Assembly: GCA_050250375.1 (NCBI GenBank)
Contig: JBFWOS010000001.1
Span: forward strand, 1,150,361-1,214,360
Origin: Candidatus Omnitrophota bacterium
Lineage (GTDB): Bacteria; Omnitrophota; Gorgyraeia; Zapsychrales; Zapsychraceae
Direction of reading: 5' to 3'
Length of the DNA: 64,000 nucleotides
The notes under the pieces were generated by a model. That model saw nothing but the letters and a program-made list of their open reading frames with translations, was not told the DNA's origin and ran no database searches. Shown one piece after another: positions 56,874 to 64,000 of the stretch. The position numbers were made by a program, and so were the translations under genes. Position 1 is the stretch's first letter. Each line of letters starts with the position of its first letter.

Positions 56874-57569
56874 ATGACAAAGAACAAAAACCGTCCAATT
56901 AAATCGTTCTATTTTTCCGTTATCCTAATTTTCTATTGTATTACTTCTCTAACACTATTTTTTTACTTAAAAATATCCAACAACACACTAAAAAACTTTG
57001 TAAACCTGGTTATTCACAAATGGTACTTTCTAGATTCAGTAATAAGTTATTATTTAACGCCTTTTCTAAACTTTATCTACATTATAATTAGCTTTATCAC
57101 ATCCGTTCTTGCATACCTTTTCTTGAAACGGCGATTTCGAATCATCCAAATTTCTCAGATTAGCATTATTTTGGCATTCACATTATCCTTGGCCCTTCAA
57201 ACTATTCACCACATTAATCATTTAAAAAATGAAATGGCCCTTGTCAGGAACACAAAGCTGTACGATCGGCCTGTTATATTCAGCCAGTTGAATTTCCCTG
57301 TCAGCCTTTATGTAAAAAAATATTTACATGAAAAAAACAGCTGTGAATTAATAACAGATATGGACTTTTCTAATGAAAATTATATGGGAAATCTTGTAAA
57401 CTTAAGATACTACCTTTATCCCATTGACATCTATTTTAATCGTGACCAGCCCAAAGACTGTGTCTTGGTATATTGGTCTGAAAACCCCTTAGAACGCGTC
57501 CCCAACGGATATACTGCATTTCCGACATATCAGGATAAGCACGTTTTAGCCATAAAACTAACGCCATGA
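56874..57569 (+). CDS. Membrane protein, hypothetical (AT-rich gene)
   Basis: 231 aa with several hydrophobic helices. The start of the next gene overlaps by 4 nt (ATGA). Confidence 0.35.
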   Translation: MTKNKNRPIKSFYFSVILIFYCITSLTLFFYLKISNNTLKNFVNLVIHKWYFLDSVISYYLTPFLNFIYIIISFITSVLAYLFLKRRFRIIQISQISIILAFTLSLALQTIHHINHLKNEMALVRNTKLYDRPVIFSQLNFPVSLYVKKYLHEKNSCELITDMDFSNENYMGNLVNLRYYLYPIDIYFNRDQPKDCVLVYWSENPLERVPNGYTAFPTYQDKHVLAIKLTP

Positions 57570-58948
57570 CTAATCTATATTTCAAAGCTTTTCAGGCATT
57601 AATTATTCCCTTGATCCTCGGGTACTCAGTCCTGTTAACTTTTTTTAAAAACCTTCGCCTGCCTTTTCGGCTTGCTTGCCCTTTAGCCTATGGATTAGGT
57701 ATGGGCCTATTGACACATGTCATGTTAATTTATGGAATTTTTAACGTCAGCTATAGTATTAAGACGATTGGTTTACCTCTAATGTTTATTTCCATGGCCT
57801 TTCTATTATTCAATCGACGTTCAAATTCCAACAATATTGATCAATTTGATCTGTTCCCTACTCCAAAGCTAAATCTAGAATATCGTATTTTGCTAATCTT
57901 AGGAATAGCATATATTTTGTATATCGTTTTTTATGTTTTCTGGGAAACTTTCAATATTCCTCTTAAAGATTGGGACGCTGTATCATTCATCGCATATAAA
58001 GCGATGGTCTTTTATTACGAGAAATCCCTTTACCTTCATTCTGATCTGCCTAATGCCTCCTATCCCTTACACACATCGTTGGCGGAAGCCTGGGTCGCGT
58101 TTAATCTCGACCGATGGGATCATATATTGGTTAAAGCCATTTTTCCAGCTTATTTCATAAGCATGATCAGTATGTTGTATATTTTCTTGAGAACTTGGGT
58201 GTCCAGGCTTCCGGCTGTATTCGGGATTGTATTAATTCTTTCTTCGAACTTTCTAACTTATCACGCGACCAACGGATACAAAGATTTTGTAGTTATGTTT
58301 TATAACTGTTCCGTCATCATACTCTTGATGTTATGGCAAAAAAAACATCATCACGGATTCCTTCTATTGTCCGCTGTCATGGCAGGAATCAGTTCATTTG
58401 TCAAAAATGAAGCTGCACTATACTTGGTCGTCTACTATATCGTGTTTTTTGTCATCCTGTCCCTTGAAAAAAACCTGTTCTTTTTTCAAAAAACAAAAAA
58501 ATTTCTTTCCTTCGTCATTCCCAGCCTGGGAATATGCAGTATTTATCAAATTTATAGAATCACAGCCGGGATAAGCATAAATACCTACGACACAAAAATG
58601 CATTTCAATATTAACCAATTTGACCGGCTACCCGGAATCGCCTTGATGTTTATTAACATATTATTGGCGTCAGCCGGTTGGAACCTCGTGTGGTTTTTAT
58701 TCTTCCTTTCATTGATTCAATACCCAAAAATTGTCAAGAACAAGAGCCTTTGTACGATCGTCCTGAGCGTATTCGCCTTTCTTGGATTGTATGCTGTAGG
58801 CTTGCTAGTTTCTCCTCAATATGAATTTTTCAAAGAAGTTTCACAATTCACCGTACTATCGCGTGTTGTCCTGCATTTTTTCCCGCTCTCAGCACTGGCT
58901 GTTATTCTGATTAACGGTATTAATGACGATGAGAATATTCGATCATAG
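57566..58948 (+). CDS. Polytopic membrane protein, GT-C-like (putative glycosyltransferase), AT-rich gene
   Basis: 460 aa with at least 11 TM helices. Confidence 0.45.
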   Translation: MTNLYFKAFQALIIPLILGYSVLLTFFKNLRLPFRLACPLAYGLGMGLLTHVMLIYGIFNVSYSIKTIGLPLMFISMAFLLFNRRSNSNNIDQFDLFPTPKLNLEYRILLILGIAYILYIVFYVFWETFNIPLKDWDAVSFIAYKAMVFYYEKSLYLHSDLPNASYPLHTSLAEAWVAFNLDRWDHILVKAIFPAYFISMISMLYIFLRTWVSRLPAVFGIVLILSSNFLTYHATNGYKDFVVMFYNCSVIILLMLWQKKHHHGFLLLSAVMAGISSFVKNEAALYLVVYYIVFFVILSLEKNLFFFQKTKKFLSFVIPSLGICSIYQIYRITAGISINTYDTKMHFNINQFDRLPGIALMFINILLASAGWNLVWFLFFLSLIQYPKIVKNKSLCTIVLSVFAFLGLYAVGLLVSPQYEFFKEVSQFTVLSRVVLHFFPLSALAVILINGINDDENIRS

Positions 58949-59653
58949 AAACAACTTGCCAATAGCCGAACATACGGCCGTTTCCACTTTTAAAATCCGT
59001 TCCCCCATTGAAAAAGTCTTGAGCCCTAATTTCTGCAACATTTCAATTTCATAAGGAATAAATCCTCTTTCCGGGCCGATCATCAAAGTGACCGGACCAT
59101 AAACCGCTTTAAGAGAAGCGTGGGGTATGACCGGGTGTGCAATCAAGGCGGTGCTTCCTTTTATGATCCGGGGAAGCTCATCTTCAACAAACGGTTTAAA
59201 TTTTTTTCTTAAGTTCACGGATGGTAGGATGGTGTCCCTGGCTTGTTCCAGACCGAGGATAAGCTGTTCTTCCATACTCTTTTCGTCCAGCACCGGGGAA
59301 TTCCAATAACTTTTTTCGACTTGATTGGAATGGATCAGAAAAAGGTTCTTAACTCCTAATGTAGTGACGGTCATTAACAGTCGGTTTAATACGATGGGTC
59401 TGGGAAGCGCGAGGATTAAGGTAAGATCAAGAGGACGGGGAGGCTGTTTGTCCAATTTTAGATCTAATTCGACACTCTCTTCTGAAATGTTGACCACCTC
59501 GGCTGTACCAACCAACCCGTTGAGCCGGCCGGCTGTCAAAAGGTCACCCGGAACGCTTTTTAATATTTCTAAAATGTGTTTTAACCGGCGCCCCCTCAGG
59601 ATAACCTTATTCTCTTCAACCTTATCATTTTTATCAATCAATATCAGGTTCAT
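58943..59653 (-). CDS. rsmE: 16S rRNA (uracil1498-N3)-methyltransferase
   Basis: 236 aa. C-terminal SPOUT motifs MIGPERGFIPYEI and MGERILKVETAVCSAI. N-terminal PUA-like domain. Confidence 0.8.
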   Translation of the reverse strand: MNLILIDKNDKVEENKVILRGRRLKHILEILKSVPGDLLTAGRLNGLVGTAEVVNISEESVELDLKLDKQPPRPLDLTLILALPRPIVLNRLLMTVTTLGVKNLFLIHSNQVEKSYWNSPVLDEKSMEEQLILGLEQARDTILPSVNLRKKFKPFVEDELPRIIKGSTALIAHPVIPHASLKAVYGPVTLMIGPERGFIPYEIEMLQKLGLKTFSMGERILKVETAVCSAIGKLFL

Positions 59654-59700
59654 ACAAATGTCTCTTAAAGGATTTTCGTTTTAATGCTATACTTTGCCAT

Positions 59701-60747
59701 ATGGACGCTGATTATATCATTGTTGGTCAAGGTCTGGCCGGAACTTTACTCGCCTATAATCTTATTAAAAGAAATCAGTCCATTATTTTTATTGATAATC
59801 AACACTCTACCAGTTCTTCAGCGATGTGCGCGGGGATTATTAATCCCATCACCGGCAAGCGGCTTATTTTAACAGAGGACTTCGCAAAATACCATCAAGA
59901 AGCGGATCTAACTTACCGTGAATTGGAGGACAAACTCAACATAAAATTTTTTTATGAAAAAGAAATTATCCGGTTCTATGATTCACATCAGGAACACAAA
60001 AACTGGAGCGAGCGCAAAGACACAATCATCAGTGCGCCGTATATAAAAGGATACAATCCATACGGACTCTACAGCCGCTGGTTCCAGGATCGTTACGGAA
60101 GCCTTATCATTAAAGGAAACTTATGTGATGCGGCCGCTTTAATTAAAACTTTTTCTGACAAGATTGTCCAAGGGAAAATCATCTGCGAACCTTTTGAATT
60201 CAGTCGTCTGAAAATCAGCCATGATTATGTGGGTTATAAAAACCTCCGCGCCTCAAAAATTATATTTTGTGAAGGTTATAAAGCCGGAAGCAACCCGTAT
60301 TTTCAGAATCTGCCCTTCAAACATGCCAAAGGCGACATATTAACTTTGTCCATTGACCACCTTCCCTTACCGGATAAAATCTTTAATTTTGGCAAATGGA
60401 TTTTTCCGCTGAATGATCAAACTATAAAAACAGGATCGACGTTTTACTGGAGCGACATTAACACCCAACCAACCGAAGAGGGAAAAAACGAAATCCTCAA
60501 CTTCCTGAAACCGATGATTAAATTTCCTTTCAAAGTTATTGACCATCAGGCCGGCGTCCGCCCTGTTATATTAGACCTTGCCCCTGTATTAGGTCTGCAT
60601 CCCCGTCAAACACGGGTAGGCATTTTCAACGGATTAGGCGCCAAGGGGATACTCTATGCGCCCTGGCTCGCCCGCCATTTGGCTGAACATCTGGTTGACG
60701 GAGCACCCCTCGAATCTTACATAAATATAAATAGATTTAGTATTTAA
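59701..60747 (+). CDS. FAD-dependent oxidoreductase (DAO / ThiO / MnmC-C-like)
   Basis: 348 aa. N-terminal dinucleotide-binding motif DYIIVGQGLAGTLLAYNL. Confidence 0.65.
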   Translation: MDADYIIVGQGLAGTLLAYNLIKRNQSIIFIDNQHSTSSSAMCAGIINPITGKRLILTEDFAKYHQEADLTYRELEDKLNIKFFYEKEIIRFYDSHQEHKNWSERKDTIISAPYIKGYNPYGLYSRWFQDRYGSLIIKGNLCDAAALIKTFSDKIVQGKIICEPFEFSRLKISHDYVGYKNLRASKIIFCEGYKAGSNPYFQNLPFKHAKGDILTLSIDHLPLPDKIFNFGKWIFPLNDQTIKTGSTFYWSDINTQPTEEGKNEILNFLKPMIKFPFKVIDHQAGVRPVILDLAPVLGLHPRQTRVGIFNGLGAKGILYAPWLARHLAEHLVDGAPLESYININRFSI

Positions 60748-60831
60748 CCAAAAATATTTATATTGTATACTCATATTGTTTAAGAATTAACCATTCTTTA
60801 CTAGGCATGACAAAAATGAACGGGAGTTGCT

Positions 60832-62019
60832 GTGGCAACCAGCATTGGAATCGGGTTTAGTCAAAATATAGATATGCTCGTAGCCGCCCGTGATGCGGCC
60901 TTTGAAGCGAAAACAAAATTACGACAGGATCATATCCATCTGGCGATTGTTTTCAACAGTATCCATTATGATCCGCAAAAGACCCTTCCGGTCATCAACC
61001 AGGTATTAAACAGCCACCGATTGATTGGTTCTTCCACCGCCGGAATAATTTTATCCAACTCTGTAGAAACACGTGGCATTGCCGTATTGACGATTACTTC
61101 GGATGAAATGAATTTCGGTATCGCCAGCTCTGAAGATGCCCCATTAAATGCCCCTTTTTCTGTCGGGGCCAATATCGCTAACGCCGCTATCAAAGATTTC
61201 GGACAAAGCATGCGGCAGATCTTTTTATTTTTTATGGACAGCGAGCTAAGAATCACCTCGGAATTGCTCAAAGGAATGCAAGGCGTTTTCGGGAACATTT
61301 TCCCGATTGTTGGGGCCGGAAGTTCTGACAATTTTCATTTTGGGGAAACATATCAATTGTTTCAAAAAAAAATATATCCCCATTCAGTGACAGGCGTTCT
61401 TATAGGAGGCCAAGCCAGCATCGGAGTTGCCGGCCGACACGGTTGGCGGCCCCTGGGAAAACCGCGCATTATCGATGAAGTTGAATATAATGTCATCAAA
61501 TCCATTGATGGAAAAAAAGCCTCCTCTCTTTATGACGAATATTTCGGACCTTACGCCCAGGATTTGCGCTCACATAAACTCGGACGAATGGCTATCCTAT
61601 ACCCGTTGGGAATTTATATTGAAGGAAGCAATGAGTATCTTTTACGCAATACCGTTGACATTCAGCCCGATGGAAGCATTGTTTGTCAGGGAGATATCCC
61701 TCAGGGCTCGGAAGTCCATATCATGATCGGCAATAAAGATTCTTGTAAATCGGCGGCTTTTAATGCCGCTAAAGAAGCTAAAAATAACCTGTTGGGAAAA
61801 GAACCGAAGCTCGTTCTGATTATCGAATGCCTGTCCCGGCTCCGACTGCTCGGCCGATCTGCCTTTGAAGAGGTCAAACGGGTCAAAGACGTATTCGGAA
61901 ACAATGTCCCTCTTGTAGGAATGTATTCAAACGGTGAGGTCTGTCCATACAAAACCGACGAGCGCTTTAAGCAGCCTCACCATCAAAATGAAAGTATAGT
62001 CGTCGTAGCCATAAGCTGA
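60832..62019 (+). CDS. FIST-domain sensory protein
   Basis: 395 aa. Two-lobed FIST_N/FIST_C layout (…LAIVFNSIHYDPQ…; …LVLIIECLSRLRLLG…). Its stop overlaps the start of the kinase gene. Confidence 0.6.
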   Translation: MATSIGIGFSQNIDMLVAARDAAFEAKTKLRQDHIHLAIVFNSIHYDPQKTLPVINQVLNSHRLIGSSTAGIILSNSVETRGIAVLTITSDEMNFGIASSEDAPLNAPFSVGANIANAAIKDFGQSMRQIFLFFMDSELRITSELLKGMQGVFGNIFPIVGAGSSDNFHFGETYQLFQKKIYPHSVTGVLIGGQASIGVAGRHGWRPLGKPRIIDEVEYNVIKSIDGKKASSLYDEYFGPYAQDLRSHKLGRMAILYPLGIYIEGSNEYLLRNTVDIQPDGSIVCQGDIPQGSEVHIMIGNKDSCKSAAFNAAKEAKNNLLGKEPKLVLIIECLSRLRLLGRSAFEEVKRVKDVFGNNVPLVGMYSNGEVCPYKTDERFKQPHHQNESIVVVAIS

Positions 62020-63560
62020 TGATTGAACTGCCCTTAAATATCATAATCGGATTCCTCATCGTCTGTTTTATAGTGTTCGGTGTTTGCTTTTTGATTATTA
62101 ATTCCAAAAACAGACAAATATCCCAATATGAGTTTGCCCTGGCGAAATTAAAACGGTCATTTAACGACCTTGATGAGCAGGCCAAACTGATCGTCAAGAC
62201 CGACCTTGAATTAAATAAGGCCCAGGAAGAATCGGACAAACGTCTGAACGGGCTTGAAGCCCTGCAGAAAACTTCACGAATGATCAGCACGACGCTCGAC
62301 GAAAGTGAAATCTTTCACCGCCTGGATCAGGCTTTTATGACGGATTTGGATTATGAGCGGGCCGTGATCCTGGAATACGATTCAGAAAAAAAACTCCACA
62401 GCCGGGTAATCTTGGGTTTTTCCCAGGAAGGGGTAAAATATGTTATTAACCGCCTTGAAGAAGATGTCAATCTTTTGTCCGCTTTAAAAGAAGGCAACAT
62501 CTTCTCATCCGTAAACTGCCCGATCCAAAGAAAAGAATCCATCATCCGTATATTTGACACAAATCATTTTATTATCTCTCCCGTCCTAACTCAAAATGGT
62601 ATCATCGGGATTGTTTTCGTCGGCAGTCAATCCAATGCCTCACCGGTCACGGATGGAGATGAAGAACTCATTTCAATTCTTTCCAGCCAGATCGGCCAAT
62701 CCCTAGAAAACGCACGGCTATTTGAAGAAGTTTATCGTTCTTCCCAAGTCCTTGAATCAAAAGTCCAGGAAAGAACTAAACAGCTGCAGGAAGCTTTGAG
62801 AGACGTCCAGGATATCAGTAAAACAAAATCTGATTTTATCTCAGCCGTCTCCCATGAACTGCGCACTCCGCTCACTTCCATTAAAGGTTATGCATCAATC
62901 CTAATGGACGGAAAATTAGGTGATATCCCGCTTCAGGTCAAACAGCGCCTTGGAAAAATTAATACCCACTCAGACAATCTTGTCGGATTAATCAATAACC
63001 TGTTGGACATTTCCCGTATCGAATCCGGACGGGTAGAAATGAATTTCGGAAAATGTGAACTAAAAAATATCATCGATAATGTCCGTGACCTTTTGACCCC
63101 TCAAATGAAAGACAAAGAAATAATGTTCCAGACGGATCTTGACCCTCGTGTTCCAACGATGCAGTTAGACAGCAGCCAGATTGAACGGGTTTTTATCAAT
63201 TTAGTCGGAAACGCCATAAAATTCACTCCATTTAAAGGCATCATCAGTATCAAAACGCAGATGAATAACGACATTGCAAATGTTCAGGTGACTGACAACG
63301 GGATCGGCATTCCTGAAGAAGATATCCGGCGGCTATTTGAACAATTTTTCAGAGTCGATAACGAAATCAACCAAAATGTGAAAGGGACCGGTCTTGGTCT
63401 GGCCCTGGCCAAAAAGATTGTTGAAGCCCATGGGGGAACGATGTGGGTTACCAGCATCGTGAAGCAGGGAACTACGTTCCATTTCAACCTGCCTGTCCGG
63501 TCGGAAGAAGACATCGCTAGAATCAAAGAATTACAAACAAAAGGAAACAGCCATGAATAA
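62019..63560 (+). CDS. Sensor histidine kinase (TM, coiled-coil, GAF, HisKA, HATPase_c)
   Basis: 513 aa. H-box SHELRTPLTSIKGY, N-box LVGNAIKFT, G-boxes DNGIGIP and GTGLGLA. Confidence 0.9.
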   Translation: MIELPLNIIIGFLIVCFIVFGVCFLIINSKNRQISQYEFALAKLKRSFNDLDEQAKLIVKTDLELNKAQEESDKRLNGLEALQKTSRMISTTLDESEIFHRLDQAFMTDLDYERAVILEYDSEKKLHSRVILGFSQEGVKYVINRLEEDVNLLSALKEGNIFSSVNCPIQRKESIIRIFDTNHFIISPVLTQNGIIGIVFVGSQSNASPVTDGDEELISILSSQIGQSLENARLFEEVYRSSQVLESKVQERTKQLQEALRDVQDISKTKSDFISAVSHELRTPLTSIKGYASILMDGKLGDIPLQVKQRLGKINTHSDNLVGLINNLLDISRIESGRVEMNFGKCELKNIIDNVRDLLTPQMKDKEIMFQTDLDPRVPTMQLDSSQIERVFINLVGNAIKFTPFKGIISIKTQMNNDIANVQVTDNGIGIPEEDIRRLFEQFFRVDNEINQNVKGTGLGLALAKKIVEAHGGTMWVTSIVKQGTTFHFNLPVRSEEDIARIKELQTKGNSHE

Positions 63561-64000
63561 ACCAAAAATTCTTACCGTCGATGATGATCCGGATATCCTG
63601 GATGTTCTTGAATTGACATTATCCGACCTCTACGAAGTCTCACAAGCCGGAAACGGTCAGGAGGGCTTAGCAAAAGTAAAACAATTCATGCCGGATTTAA
63701 TCATTTGTGATTACATGATGCCGGTCATGAATGGTCGAGAATTCTGCAAAGCCTTAAAAAAAGATATTCTCCTAAGGCATGTCCCCGTAATCATGCTGAC
63801 AGGCAAAGGCGAAACTCAAGACCGCATTGGCGGCATTGAAGCCGGAGTCGACGATTATATGATTAAACCTTTTGCCCCGGATGAGTTATTGGCAAGGATT
63901 AAAATGATTCTTCGCAGGACTATCAGCAGCCTTGATGCAAATCCGTTGACCCATCTGCCCGGCAACACCTCCATCATGGAAGAAATTCAGACCTCGATTA
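63553..64000 (+). CDS. Response regulator, REC domain followed by the start of a GGDEF domain. Partial; runs off the right edge of the window.
   Basis: Receiver signature ILTVDDDPDI...LIICDYMMPVMNG...IMLTGKG. Then DANPLTHLPGN, matching the D.LTGL.NR start of GGDEF domains. Overlaps the kinase stop by 8 nt. Confidence 0.8.
   Translation, partial: MNKPKILTVDDDPDILDVLELTLSDLYEVSQAGNGQEGLAKVKQFMPDLIICDYMMPVMNGREFCKALKKDILLRHVPVIMLTGKGETQDRIGGIEAGVDDYMIKPFAPDELLARIKMILRRTISSLDANPLTHLPGNTSIMEEIQTSI

Noticed and set aside
1-64000. CRISPR arrays, transposases, integrases, and toxin-antitoxin pairs
   Set aside because: No run of regularly spaced direct repeats was found in any intergenic region (17305-17680, 17996-18204, 22027-22170, 26240-27179, 32779-33266, 47266-47480, 53374-53518, 56700-56873). 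No ORF carries DDE, tyrosine- or serine-recombinase, PIN, HEPN or RelE-like motifs.

Overview
The window is a 64 kb bacterial chromosomal segment, almost entirely coding, with most genes on the minus strand in long co-directional arrays. Features were assigned by reading the six-frame translations for family-defining motifs; no database search was possible.

From left to right the window contains:
(1) A partial TPR gene, a class-I aminotransferase and an Lrp/AsnC regulator, followed by pabB-pabC, a YjbQ-family gene and a CsaA-like tRNA-binding-domain gene.
(2) An Arn-like sugar-modification cluster of about 9 kb. It encodes a Gfo/Idh/MocA oxidoreductase, an SDR epimerase/dehydratase, a DegT-family sugar aminotransferase, an unassigned Rossmann-like protein, a VOC-family protein, an FkbH-like HAD-IIIC loader, an acyl carrier protein, a GNAT-like protein, an ArnC-like GT2 and a SAM methyltransferase. 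A divergently transcribed GT-C-like membrane protein sits next to it.
(3) tRNA-Val.
(4) A 1273-aa secreted multidomain GH5 glycoside hydrolase.
(5) A compact operon encoding a secreted sugar-binding-like protein, an ECF sigma factor, a zinc-finger anti-sigma candidate and a CHAT-protease/TM/TPR protein. This is the most interesting candidate: a CRISPR-independent module resembling Craspase-Csx30-RpoE.
(6) A MORN-PAS-GAF-GGDEF sensor, a stand-alone receiver and another GT-C-like membrane protein.
(7) tRNA-Asp and an atypical CAT-anticodon tRNA.
(8) A secreted archaemetzincin-like metalloprotease.
(9) A chlamydia/spirochaete-style V/A-type ATPase operon (E, small unknown, A, B, D, I, K) directly downstream of a pyrimidine cluster. 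The pyrimidine cluster is pyrR-pyrB-pyrC ... LOG, TMTC-like, fpg, pyrK, half-size TauE, pyrD, pyrF.
(10) rsmI, glmS, a divergent L27-like gene, dsbA-like, dacA-like and trmB.
(11) An AT-rich segment with two membrane-protein genes.
(12) rsmE, an FAD oxidoreductase, and a FIST / histidine kinase / REC-GGDEF signalling module.

No CRISPR array, transposase or integrase was recognised.
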